A DNA stretch of 63,998 nucleotides, counting the filler, from Diploschistes diacapsis (Eukaryota): the NCBI GenBank assembly GCA_023645945.1. It is 4 parts of 4 records of this genome, joined end to end, with 100 filler letters (N's around TTAATTAATTAA, not from the genome) between each part and the next. Parts side by side here need not be neighbours in the genome. Positions count along the whole stretch, not along the records: positions 49,096 to 63,998 come from JALAIB010000580.1; 3 more parts are not named here. One strand, 5' to 3'. Below are positions 51,686 to 63,998 of the stretch, piece by piece (the stretch's first letter is position 1; the number at the start of each line of letters is the position of its first letter). Made by a program: the position numbers and the translations under genes. The notes beneath the pieces are model-generated. The model was not told the DNA's origin. It searched no databases and saw only the letters and a list, made by a program, of their open reading frames with translations.

Positions 51686-53490
51686 TCACTTATGCGTACG
51701 CCACCTACTCGATACGAAATATGAACGTTGAAATCCTCCTGAAAGAAAACTCCCCGGCATGTGCTTTTCCGTGGCTTTAATGTCAAAATGCCTCAAGAGC
51801 TTCGCAGGTTAGCTCGATGAACTTGGAACAGCTTGAAAGATTCAATATGCGGGGCTCACTTACTTCGAGGATGACCTTGTTCAACTCCATTAGGGCTGCG
51901 TTGACGCCCAAGCACCTTGTCGGTCCAAACCCAAAGATCAGGTCGTGGGCTCGTCGCATAGCTCTGAGCTTATCACTATTAGTTTCCCACCAGCGCTCAG
52001 GGCGGAAAACCTCGGGATCTTGTCCGTAGACGCCGGAATTCTGAGTCCCCCATGGATCCAAGCCAATGTATGTGCCTTGAGGAACTTTGTAGCCCAGAAT
52101 GACATCGCCTCCTGGAGGAACCTCACGTTCGCGAAGTTGACCGACTGGCGGATATTTTCGCAGACCTTCAAGGATACAAAGCCTGCAAGTATGGTAACTT
52201 GATTGCTTCGGCCTGCTTGATGGGGGACGAAATCTGTCCGGATGCCACTGCTCTATCTATCTCAGCAGTAAGATTTGCATATACCCGTGGATCAGATATG
52301 ATTGACAACAAAGTAGCATGCACGGCTGTCGATGTTGTTTCAGATCCAGCAACCCTATCATGAACGAAGATCAGCATACCAGGCTCAGGCTTAAAAGGGC
52401 ATACGGCGTACAGAGAGATCATAAGCTCTTCCTGCATCTGTTGTTGGGAAAGACCCTTCTCGATAAAAGTCGCCAACATATCTCTACTGCCACCCAAGGC
52501 CTGGAAGGACCTCCTATCAATCGCCTTTTGTATTGCCTGGGGGATCAGTTTTAGTACTGGCAGACATGGTAGAGTTTCCTAATCATCACATACTCCAAGT
52601 GTTCTACCGACCCCATATGTGTCCTTGGCGGACGGGACCAGGATGCGATGAAAGTAAGGAATACGCGTGATGTTGTATAGAGCTACAGTAAGCTCATGCA
52701 AAACTGACATCTGCGGGCTTGCTTGCATGCCTGATTTAATGGAAGATAGAAAGTTGTACTGGTCAGAGTCGTTCTCAACGCAACCAAAGGACTCGCCCAA
52801 AGACAACTGAGATATAATACCAACTCTCAAGAATTGAATGCGGGATGCGATATCGAAGGTCCTGGTTGTTGCGGGATCCGAGAGCCATAGCCGGGAGATC
52901 CGGCGCACCCACTGCTCCACCTGATGGTCTATCACACGCTCAATACCCCCCTCTACACTATGGCCACTATACTGCATGCGCGTTAAAAACGATGCAAGCA
53001 TCAGAGGTGTTGACACTCACGGCAGGAGCTAAGTCATGTCTGAGCTCCGTGCCGCTTGTTGTCACGTTCAGAGACAAGGTTGGTGGAATGAGGATCAAGC
53101 CTCAACGCATCGAACCAGGGAGCTCGATCATAACCTGAGCCTTTCGCCAGCACACGTCGGCATGTTTCCAGGTCGTCGGTGATGATGTGGTTCGGGCCGA
53201 TACGAGCCCAAATTACCTGGTTTTCTTCCTTCAGCTTCAGCTTCGTAAGCGATGGCAATATGCAAACCGTAATCTTTGTTAACCTTTGCAAGTATCCTAG
53301 CCGAATCGCCTGATGCCAGCACTTTGACGAGCCAAAGCCTCGAGAATGTCAGCAAGAAAGGGCCTGGAATCTTGTCTGTCCGCCAAAGTCGAGATATCAA
53401 AAACTCTGTCCAAAATGATGGCTTGGAAAAGATAGAAACTGTGAATAGCAATAGAAGGTACAATACTGGTAGTACAACAATACAATGCAT
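51686..53490 (-). pseudogene. Cytochrome P450 (pisatin-demethylase-like), frameshifted
   Basis: KIPGP, ARIGPN, AGSETT, LPYLQA-C-ILEGLR, FRPERW and FGFGPTRCLG. +1 shifts at ~52178 and ~53047. Confidence 0.82.
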
Positions 53491-53886
53491 GCTTTTGAAA
53501 CTCTTCTACGGAAGATAGAGATGAGAAGTGAGAATAGGAAAGTTTGTAGGCATTATAATAGCTTGGAAGAGTGGCAAACTCGGTGTTGAGTGGCCGCAGC
53601 TCTTCTCATGGCGAAGAACCATCTGTGTGTGAATAGTTACTGATTCCAAATCTAGTGTGGAAGCGAAAGCCCTTTGCCTTATTGCTAAGATAAAGATGGT
53701 AGATCCAAATAAATCAGCCTGTCTACTTAGCCATCACCATCACCATTGTCATCATGTACCTTCCTCTCTTCCATGCCGATCCCATGTGGATTGTGTAGTG
53801 GACTCAAATCACACACCTCATTCAGTCACTATTTCCTAGTCCACTATTCACTAGACTTTGTCCCCCGTCATTGTCTGTTGTCCATA

Positions 53887-54800
53887 ATGAGTTCTCTCGA
53901 TATTCTTGAGATGAGCCATCTATCTGCCAGGCTTTGAGGATTCCCCTCTTCAAGATCGCATCTGCAGTCTGCTATGCTCTTATTGTGGTCTTTGCAGCCA
54001 TTCGTTTCTACGTTCGTTTTGCTATTCTCCGTAAAGTCACAATCCTGGACTGTACGTCGTCTATACAATGCTTCCAGATTCTTTTCAGAGCTAAATGGAT
54101 ACCAGATTCTTATATCGTTGGCTTGGTAATGTTTCGCCATTACCCTTAACCTTCCGCTGAGTTTCAGTAGCGTGGAGGCTTGGTTTATAATTCTTTGATA
54201 CTTGCGCGTAAGTTTCTCCAAGCAAATATCAACAAGAGCATCGGCTCAGCTTCTAGTGATTGCAGGAGGCGCATATGGCTTACATGAGTGGGACCTCAAG
54301 ATTAGCGCATTTACACCTGAAGAAGTCAAGGTATGCCTAGATGCCTCTCAAAGGTATCCATGCTCAGTCTTGACTTACCGTGTAGCTAGCTGTCGCTTAT
54401 TACAGGCATTTACAATCTATAGTCTGGCTAATTGAGGTCTCCTTACTTTTCATATTTGTTGAGATTTTTGGCACCCTCGGATGGCTCAGATACTTAGCAT
54501 GGCTCGGTGTCGCTGCCATGGGCACTTTTATATAACGATAACGGCTTATATTTTAGCACTATGCGCGCCGCGAACAGGCTCTGGGCAAAGCCGATTACCT
54601 GTGGCTACTAGTACGCGACGCTTCAAGTACTGACACATGCAAAGGGCTTGCATCGCCAGTTCCTTTGGACTTGTTTATCGTATAGTCTTGAACCGCACTT
54701 ACGACCAGACCTGGATGAGTCTGCCATTATTCATGGTGGGTTATGCTGGTTATCAAGCTCCTGAGCCTTTGCTCTCATATATACTGATTTTCCGATAGCT
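53887..54800 (+). pseudogene. PTH11-like (rhodopsin-domain) integral membrane protein remnant
   Basis: AIRFYVRFAILRKVTILD, GGAYGLHEWDL and hydrophobic segments, broken by stops and frameshifts. Confidence 0.65.
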
Positions 54801-55527
54801 GCTTTGAGATGAAAGTTATACCGAGCTAACCAACCGGAAGAAGAAATCATTTGATTCTAATCCTACGTCAGCAGGCGCATATAACGCCGAGTGCGTTACC
54901 ACGGAGCGCTTCGACCACGATAAGGTTCCCAGCGGATCCGATGTTGATCGCATTTACAAAGTCACTGACTTCACAGTGCTATCGGGGGATCAGGTCTGGG
55001 TCTAACAACTCGAAGTGCTATCAGATGGTGAGAGCTGCCTTTTTGCTCCTCGGATCGGATCGAATGTATCTGGGCCTTGAATGATGTAGCTGATTGAAAG
55101 GGGGCAGGTACTGTTGAAGTGTGATACTACAAAGGGCCAGTTTAGTACCGCTAGGCCACATAGCCAAAAAGGCCAACAATACTAAATTGCTATTATTGAA
55201 CTAAAACTGATATATATATTGAATGGGATTGATTGTTGTGCCAGCTGAAGCTGGATTACCCTATTGTCTTTTGTACACGATTATTGGCTGTAAAACTCCT
55301 ACTTCGGAAAGAAGCCAGCCTACCCACAAGTATTGATCCCCAAATGACACTTCATGCATTATCCCGCACCTTTATCCAACCTGCTAAAACAGACCCAAGT
55401 CGAAGATTATTTTTGGTCGACGCTGAATGCCCGAACGTTGCGTCGAAAGTAGCTAGCCCCCCGCTTTAGGATGTAGGCCAGGATAGCCAAGCCTGGAGTG
55501 AAAAGAATATTCGGGGTGGTGGCAGCT

Positions 55528-55568
55528 AGCTAGCTGTGGGCATCGAACCCACCCACGACCTTCCGCAT
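55528..55568 (-). pseudogene. 3' half of a tRNA (variable loop, T-arm, acceptor strand)
   Basis: Minus strand reads ATGCGGAAGGTCGTGGGTGGGTTCGATGCCCACAGCTAGCT: T-stem GTGGG/CCCAC with TTCGATG loop (B-box). No matching 5' half seen. Confidence 0.5.
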
Positions 55569-56307
55569 AAAAAGGTTAATTCAGCAAGTTCGTCTTCACC
55601 ATTCTAATATATATATAACAGAAAGCAGGATAGTCCGCTCATGTGACGCATCATGTGATTTGCACATGGTGCTTGGGGAATAATAACTCCAGCATCTTTT
55701 ATTATATATTATAAAACAATCTCAAAATCCCGGAACATCCCAATCCTCAAAACAACAACACTTTTACACCTAACTTGCCTAAAGTGTACCCGGCATTGCT
55801 CCCCGAATAACTATTTTACTGTCCTACCTTACCGATTATTCATCGGGTACATCCCTGAAAGAGTGCGGCAAAAGGGGAATCGTCGTCTCCAACGGACATA
55901 GCCCTGGAGGGGCAAGGCGCCTGACGCCCCCAGCCCGCCGGCCGCGACAACCCAATGGCCCCCTTCTGAATTATTATTATATATATATATGGGCTGAAAA
56001 ACACATTGGCAGATATAAGCCGAACACGGTCTGATGTAGCGAGTCTACTGCTACATGCACACTTTCAGACTTCAGTCGCTGTTGAGATTTTCTGAATATA
56101 AACGTATATATATCATAAGCGTTACAAGAGGTGCGGGAATTGTTGGGGAGAGACGTGGCTGCCAATCACATAAGAGGAGGTTTTGGTCACTGCGGCAGGT
56201 CGTTTCAGAAAAGCCACGTCAAGCAGACTGTGCTAGGTTACGAAATAAATGGTTTGCTGACTACAGTAGCTGATACGGGTATCGCTATCATCGCTAATGG
56301 GCCCATC

Positions 56308-59300
56308 TCAACGTGAATCTCCATCTCCATCTCCATCTCCACCACCCACCTCCTGCCTGTCCACCAGCACGAATCCTTCATCGTTCAGCCCTAGTCCATG
56401 GGTATTAGTATCTGCCGGATTCCCCTCTCCGCTCTGGCTTTTGATCTCGCCGCCTACTTTTTCCTTGCTTCTAGGAGGCTCTTCGTCCTCAGTCTCATCG
56501 TCGTTGTATGCATCACCCACGTCCTGTCGAGCAAGCGACGCCTCGTCTTCCGTCCCGTCGGCATGCTCGCCGTGCTCACTATGGTCGTTTCCAGCTTGCA
56601 GTCCCGTCGTGTCTGATATCCCAATCGCCGCCGCCGCAGCAGCAGCAGTAGAGGGCTGACTGTTCGCTGCCAGAGTTGCTTCTCCACTCGTACCGGTAAG
56701 CCTGGCCTCCATGGCGCTGGCATGCTGGACCCAGCTTTCTAACTCTGCGATTGCAAAGTCGCATACCCATGAGTTGTCCTCTATCGTTGTTACTGGCAAG
56801 TGAATATTCTCTGGCTCGGACGCCGCCTGAACCTGTCCAACGTTATGAACATGGTGATCGAGGCTATACTGAGCTTGTGGATTCTCGTCTACCTGCGCAT
56901 CTTGTTGGATTGGACTGGCGTCGATTCGATGAGAGTTGTGCCGCGAGTACTCGTCTACGTGCAGTAGAGGGTGAGATGAAGTTAGGAGCGAATGTTCAAG
57001 TTCGTAGTTCGTTGTATGGACAGTAGGCTCAATGGCTTGACAACGATCCGCACTTGAGGCTTCTTCCTCGTTTGAGGGGAGTATAGGAGGTGCTATCTGA
57101 CTGTATGCATATCGTCGGTGCTCCCCTTGGCTCAAATAGTGATGCTGTAGAGTGTTGAGATTGCTCACATCGTAAGTACCGCTTGTCATTTGGGCCAGCG
57201 TAGCACCATTTGCGCAAAGATCTTGGCCGTGAATCGAGATGGGCGTAGCTAGATCTTCGGAGTTGGTACCAGCGCCATTTAAAGTGGAACATTGTCTCGA
57301 CCCATGATCAGCATCGGGGGAAAATGGGGAAGCGAGGTGGAATGGGGAGATCAGGCGTCGAGGCTGTGGTGCGTGTAAGGTAGAACTGGGTCGATAATGA
57401 AATGAGTCATGTTCATCAAGCGAAAGAGTCCCTGCACAGGTATCCTGAGTTGACGCCTCTGTTGCCCTATGACCATCATAAAAGCTTGCGACCAAGCTCA
57501 AATCGGCCACATTATCAAAGGAGAAGTCGTCAAAGGTGCAACTCCTGTCCACAGTTGGAGCGAAACCGGCATGCAGCTGCGGACTTGTACCGCCATAGTG
57601 AGTAATTGCGTCGCAAAAATCATATTCGTGCATATTGGTAACCGGATGGGAGGTTATCGGACGCTCCTCCATTGCTGAACTGTACCCAGCGGATGCTGAA
57701 ACCGTGTCGAAGCCTTCATTGCCTAGGAATCCAGCACCCCCATACACGTGCAAGTTATACGGACTTGGTTGCCAAGAGTTGACAGCAGGATCACATACCG
57801 AGGGGCATTGATACTGTGCGTTCAGGCCGGTCTGCTCCTGCAGAAAGTTATGCGTGGCGTCTCCACAAGCTTGGTCTTCGGCCTGCCAGTTCATCCCCCA
57901 GCTTCGTGCTGCATCACGGTGTTCCGCAACACTGTCCATCTCTGCATTTGCTTGTAGGTCATCAGCAACTACACTGGAGCTGAGGATTGCAGACGGCTGA
58001 GGCAGTAAATGAGGTAGTGGGCTAGCCGAGTGCGACATCTGCCCTCTTGTCAAGCGCCGCCATGTCGTCGTAGCTGTCTCCCCTGTGTGGGCCACACGGA
58101 ATCTCCAGAGAAAAATTGCCGCTCTCGAGTTACTGCCATCAAAGAACAGCTCTTGCATAACAGACACGTCATCGATGTCAGACCGGATGACTTCCTCCTC
58201 AGCCGCGATAGCTTTTTGGATATCATTCTGCAAGGATCGGCAAGATTCACAGTCACTAAAAGGGATATTAGGAAACCGAAAATAGAATTCGACGTCCATG
58301 GATACACTTACCAAGCTCCATGGTCGAGTTTCTCAAACTCAAGCCTCCCTAGTTCGGTTACCCTCTTCCGTCGATCCACCGCCCTGGAGAGTATCTTTAC
58401 CCACCAGTCACTCATGAGCGGAGCCTCTGGAAGGCGACATTGGTACGGACATTGCGATGAACTCGACTTTTGAACGTCGAAATCAGGTCTGTGTTTTTCC
58501 GGACTGATTCTCTGTCCTCGGCGTTCTCCCTTGTTCTCATAGCGCGTGGTTCTAAACCGGTAGTGCCGGGGTAGATTGTGGGTTTCGAAGTCAACAGAGT
58601 AAAAGATAACGAGTTTAGAATTGCCGGGAGGCCTATCTTCGATGAAGTTGATGCTCGACTCGAAAAGAAGTACGTCGCATTTGTCACCAGATACACCGGC
58701 AAGGCAGTCCTTCAGATCAGGGAACATCTTTGTGAGCGTATCGTCCATTGGCCTTTGTTGCGCACCTACTTCGCTCTGCATAGTGGTGCAGGCGTGAAGG
58801 AATTGATCCGACGACGTGTGCAATTGCATACCGAAATTGACTTGGTTGACTACCATAGCGGGTGTATGGCTTGGGCAGGGCAATGGCGTAGGGGTAACAG
58901 AAAATGAGTTGGCTGAATTAGGGAAAAAGGCCTTGACCTTGGGTTTGCTCTCAACGGGCAACGAGGTTTGGACGGGATCTGCAACGACGAGCCTGCCTTG
59001 CACATCATCGAACCTTATTGACTTGGAATCCACTGCTTTGACCTGAGCCGGATCTGTCTCCACAGAACGAAGTACTAATGGACAATGAATTTCTGCTCAA
59101 GACTATTGTCAACATCAGACTTACAAGGGTTTTGATCTGCTTTGAGAAACTTCTTGACGACCTGTATATGACTGGAGATTTGCTTCCTCTGTCGCTCCTC
59201 GCCAGTCAAATGAAGTATCTTCCAGGTAATAAGCTCATTACGGCCACACAATTTCATAGTCCCATCCGGCTGGCGTAGTGAGAGTTTCTGCTTGCCTAGG

Positions 59301-59864
59301 ATCGGTGGGATGCATATACAGGCTTCAGGAGGTTAGAAAAATTGATCGACCAGAATTTGAGTGGGATATTGCACCAATCTCAAATGCCCTCTCAACATGA
59401 GCAGGCCAGACAACGTAACTTTTGGTTTTATCCTTATCCTTCCTCTTCCGCTCCTTGTAAGCTCGATAGCGGGTTTGCTCTTGAGGCCTTATGAGCGGCA
59501 CCCGCTCCCATTCTTTCCAATTTTTACCCGTCGCTTTATCGTGTTTATCTGCCACGTACCAAGGGTCATCACCTACCCAATAAATTCCGGGGAGCTGCTC
59601 CAGCATAGACTGCCATTCGTTATCATCAAATGAGTCGAGCTTTGGGTAACCTGTCCACTCGGGCTGAGTATATCCAGCATGGCCGGACTGTGGAACGTTC
59701 CGCGCTGCAGAACTCTCTTGTTCGGCATTTGGATAATCGGTGTGACCCGGCAAGAAGCAATCTGAAGTTGTTGAAAAGTCGCTGCTGCTGGCATTGCCAG
59801 ACGTATGCTGTAGAACTCGATTTCTCAAGCGTAGTTTCCTCGCCCTCCTATCTGCTGACGCCAT
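56308..59864 (-). CDS. TEA/ATTS-domain transcription factor (AbaA/Tec1 family)
   Basis: VVWPAHVERAF, IPPILGKQK, CGRNELI and RQRKQISSHIQVVK. Introns at ~59371, ~59123 and ~58311. Long acidic low-complexity C-terminus. Confidence 0.85.
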
Positions 59865-60466
59865 TTTGTCCGTAAGGCTCGATGGTTTGGAATACCCAGA
59901 GTCTAACAGAAATGAGGAAAAGGCGGCTTCGAGGAATGACTAGGAAAACTAATGCAGGGCATGGAAGGTCACGAAAACGGAAGAAGAGAATGCAAATTGT
60001 GCGAGTATATAAGAAGATAATTAGACACGAAAGAAGGAGATTTTGGAGTCACTCAGACAACCTCCTGAGCGTGCAAGACAGCTGTAACCTCAGCTTGTTC
60101 TGGCTACTGACTCGTCTGCTTGTCCAATGATGGCGCATCCCGGCGGCGCAAGGGATGAAGACCTGCAGTATCCCAAAACGGATTAGCCCAAGGGATCGCA
60201 GAGCGCAAATATAGCTCTTGGAGACAATATGTGATCAGAGCTTTGGGACAACCAGACCTTGAATGCCTGATGGTCAATCGGGCATCGGATCTTGAAAATT
60301 GCACTTGCAGCAACCGTTGAGCTCACACAGAATAGACAGCCGGTGCAATATCGGTTTATGTCAACAATGTTCTGTCAGGAATTCATATTTCGCCACGATC
60401 AGCCAAGCAAGGGCTACGAAGGACTGCAAAAGTTCTCCAGACAACGGCTGGAATTCCAAGTTTTGA

Positions 60467-63382
60467 TTAGCCAATTTCAGCATCGTCATTCTGCTGAACA
60501 GAGAACTTCTTTCGCCCACCAGCGGTGACTTTCTGAATGGCCATCTTATCAGTCTGCTTTCCTACCTTCTTTTGCATCTTCTCGATCTCCTCCTCTGGAT
60601 CGATAGATTCTTCCGAAGCGAAATCGAGATTCAGGCGCCGGCCCAACAGGTGGACGCCTTCCAAAGCTTTCATAGCATTCTCGGCCTCCCTGACAGTAGC
60701 GAAATCTGCAAAAGCGAAGCCACGGCTAGAGTTGTCGAATTTCTTTGGCACACGGACCGATTTGAGCTGTCCGTGAGGACCGAACAGGGCCCGCACATCC
60801 TTCTTTGTAGCTTCGAACGGCAAGTTCTTGACGATGATCTTCGTCCGACGGCCAGCCAATTTCTTGGCCAAGTCCTCCTTTCTCCGCTCTTCTGCCGCGT
60901 CTAGGGTTTTGTGAGACTCTTTGATGGTTAAGTCATGCCCGGCCAATGTGTAGCCGTTTAAAGCCGTTAGAGCCGAACGAGCTTCAGCCTTCGACCTAAA
61001 TTCAACAAATCCGAATCCCATGCTGAGAAGTTGGTTGGGGTTTTTGGGATCCATCTTTGTTTTTACTCTGGCTGACAACAGGCCAGGTAATGGCTTGAAC
61101 AACTCGCGTAGATCTTCTGACGTTGTCGAGAAATTGAGATTACCGACAAACGAAGTTGAAGTAAGGATGGAACCAGGGGCATCCTGCTGTTCCAGCAGCT
61201 CTGAGGTAGACAATTTCCCCTCCTTGGGTGGCGGAACGGTGTCTTTTGGACTCGCCTGTCCTTCGAAAATCCCTTTGGGGGCTCTCTCCAGGAAAAGCAC
61301 AGATTCTTTGAATTTACTATAAGCTAATGCGGGAAACGCGGATCGCGCTTGCGTAGGCTGTTCCATTTCCACAATAGCGATGGTGGCTGATGGAGGCATG
61401 AGCATCTTTGTTACAGAACCAAATTTCTCGAAAAGCTTTTTGATTTCCTCGGCAGTGGTACCATAGGGGAAGTTCTTTACAAGGATTGCCCGATCACTCA
61501 TTTCTTTCTTCTTGAATGCGTCAAGATCAACGCCTTGACGCGCAAAATAGTTCTTTGCCTCCTGTATGACGTTTGCCTCGGCATGGGCTTTTTTGACGGC
61601 TGCATCGGTTGAGGTTGGATCGAGCACCTCGGACTTGGAGATTCCCAGCCGATCCGCAACAGTTGCTACAATAGCATCAGGATTCATGTACATGGAATTC
61701 CACTTGAAAGATGCTTTGGATGCTTCGGCTTTCCTCCTATACTGCTGCTGCTTCTTTAGTGGTAGTTTGGATATTGCATATTCATCCAGGCCTGTTTCTT
61801 TTCTGACGTCTGCCGGAAGGACGTGAAGTAAACGACCTTGGAAAGATTTCCCGTCGAGCTCTTCGAGGGCGTGTTTCGCTTCTTCGGCAATCCTGAATTG
61901 TACATAACCAAAGCCTTTGCTAGATCCGGAACGTGTATCTCTCGAGATATGGACCTGGTTGCAGAAGTCAGTGGGGGCAACGGTAGTATAGTAGACTGTG
62001 AAGGTATTTTTGTTGCTCAGATCTGAGAAGCATCTACTAAAACACTCTTCCAGGATCGCATCAAACGCATGCATGCATGCATGTCATCAGCTGTCCCTAT
62101 CTGGTAATTCATCCTAGCAAACCGAGAGTAGCAAGAAACAAGAACTTTCTCACCTCTTCTATGGTGCCGTAGCTTGAGAAATGACTCTGCAACTCAGGCT
62201 CGGTAGCATTGTAGGTAAGATTTCGAACAAACAACCTGCCCGTGCTCTCTTTCGCTATCGGCTGAGCTTTAGTCAATACAGCGTTTACCTTGGACAGGTC
62301 ATGTTCGACTGCCTGGTTGTTATCTGTTCGGATTTCCTCCACCGTCTGGCTCATGGCATCCGACCCACTGGGCTCGGCCAATGGATCCGCTTGTTCGGCG
62401 ACTTCTGACTGCTCAACTCTAGAGGGCTCTTTGTTTGCCGGGTGCGCTTTTCCTTCGGCGTCAAACTCGTCATCATCCACGAGACCTAGCACACGGCTAG
62501 TCTTGGAGCGAAGCCAATCAGAATCTGATACTGGAGCTTGAGCCTCAATAGCCATGTCTTCAGGTTGATGAGCCGAAGTTTGAATAGCCGAGCCCTCGGA
62601 TATTTCATTAACGTTAGCATCCTTTTTCCTAGATATCATATTCATGTCTTGGAAATCCTTCTTCTCCTCCACAGCATGATGACCAGTTTTAGCAGCTTCG
62701 GCTGGCCTAGCTTGCTCTGGCGACGGATATCGAGAAGACTTTATCCTGGAAGCAAGACTCTCGTCTTCCTTTTCCATAGATCGTTTACGTTTCCTTGAGA
62801 CGGTCTGGTATTCGTCTTCGCTTCCCCCCTCTGTGGTATCCACTATCTCGGTGGTCATGGGAGCGGGAGCCGCAACAGCAACAGTATCTTCATTCGCCCA
62901 TGTTTTGCTCTTGGAGGTCGGCGCCATTACTTTTAGAAACTCGTCAAGCTTAGCATTGCTGGGTTTCTCGGCATTTTTACTTGCGCCTAGGAACCTAGGC
63001 CCAGTCACTTGCTCTGCATTGGCTCTAGTACCGATGGAATCAATCTGCTCATGTCTGCTCTCTCGATGCCACTGTTCGACCTACTCTATATCAGTCAAGT
63101 AGTAGTGCGTGAGCAAGGAGCATCGCTCACAGGTCTGGCAAGCTCCACTCCGATCTTACTCATCCGAATGAAGCTCCTATTAAAGTACTTGACAGCCTTC
63201 GCCGCCTCCTCACCCGACCGATAGCCAACATATCCAATCCTTCGCCTTGGGATAAGCTTGATATCCGTGGGCTTTGCAAGCTGTGCGAAGTGTTTCTGGA
63301 AATCTTCCTCTCGGATATTGGGCGGTAGATTCTTAACGAAGATGCGGGAAGATGTTGGGGGAGGCAGGGAGATGGCGGCCAT
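60467..63382 (-). CDS. MRD1: Multiple RNA-binding domain protein Mrd1 (RBM19), five RRMs
   Basis: SRIFVKNLPP, GRLFVRNL, FQGRLLHVLP, WNSMYMNPDA, SMGFGFVEF, TKIIVKNLPFEA and THLLGRRL-like HLLGRRL. Two introns. Confidence 0.95.
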
Positions 63383-63780
63383 AGCATTCTATAAGTACTG
63401 TCAAAGCACAAATGCTTGAGAGAAGAGAGGAGAAAGACGGTCAAGAAATACCGGCGTCCAGTTTGTTTTCCTGCAGGCGCATGCAAGGTCGAGTCGACAT
63501 GAAATGAGCGTGCATGTACAAAATACCTAAGCGAAATGTTTTTTGACAGGCAGTGATGCAAGGGCCGACAAAGTTGTGCGAGCGTGGTGTGTTCGGTATA
63601 AGCCACATCTGGACACCAGCGCCACGGCCAAAAGCAACGTCATGGGTGTGGCGCAAGGGAGATATTTGTAAATTAATCTGAAGCTTGCGCTGCTTCAGAG
63701 CTTTCACTTATATCCTTTGTCCTCTCTCATTCCTCCATTGCTACAAGTCGTATCCTTCTTTCTGATATATCCGAACAAAT

Positions 63781-63998
63781 ATGGCTTTTTGCATCACATT
63801 CGGCACGCATGGTAAGCCCCAGCTACATAGCCAGCACTATGTTCTATACTACGTTTCACGGGGAGCGCTTCGACCAGCTTTTCCCTCGCACGATTACCAT
63901 ACAGATGGCAATCCACTGACTTCCTCTCCATTCAGATTTCATCAGTCCCCTCCCCGGCTACGAAAACGTCCAAGCCCAATGCCACCGCTGTTCGTGGC
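63781..63998 (+). CDS. Small zinc-ribbon protein, 3'-truncated by the window end
   Basis: MAFCITFGTH|GTAAGC...TTCAG|DFISPLPGYENVQAQCHRC (CxxC). Confidence 0.55.
   Translation, partial: MAFCITFGTHGKPQLHSQHYVLYYVSRGALRPAFPSHDYHTDGNPLTSSPFRFHQSPPRLRKRPSPMPPLFV

Noticed and set aside
1..63998. CRISPR array, rRNA, transposase or Starship tyrosine recombinase
   Set aside because: No repeat-spacer array, rRNA motif, or DDE/RT/YR ORF seen.

Overview
Eukaryotic DNA from a filamentous ascomycete (Pezizomycotina): short GT-AG introns with CTRAC branch points and fungal gene families. The window is not one locus. Four contigs (1-16270, 16371-32638, 32739-48995, 49096-end) are joined by artificial 100-nt N44-TTAATTAATTAA-N44 linkers and appear sorted by size. 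Contigs 1-2 are mostly housekeeping genes: DUG3-like amidotransferase, FAL1, PRP9, CDC16, URA4, NRP1, FGGY kinase, a BRCT-WGR protein, trifunctional TRP1/trpC and NUP188. Contig 3 carries the most interesting locus, a tight head-to-head pair of a C2H2/ankyrin/TPR-like protein and a HeLo/SesA-like N-terminal + kinase-like C-terminal protein, which resembles a fungal sensor/executioner module. It also holds COQ6 and a large pseudogene. Contig 4 holds a decayed accessory cluster (two P450s and a PTH11-like receptor) whose lesions are almost all 1-2 nt duplications, then a 3' tRNA half, a TEA/ATTS transcription factor and MRD1. All family calls come from motif recognition by eye; no searches were run.
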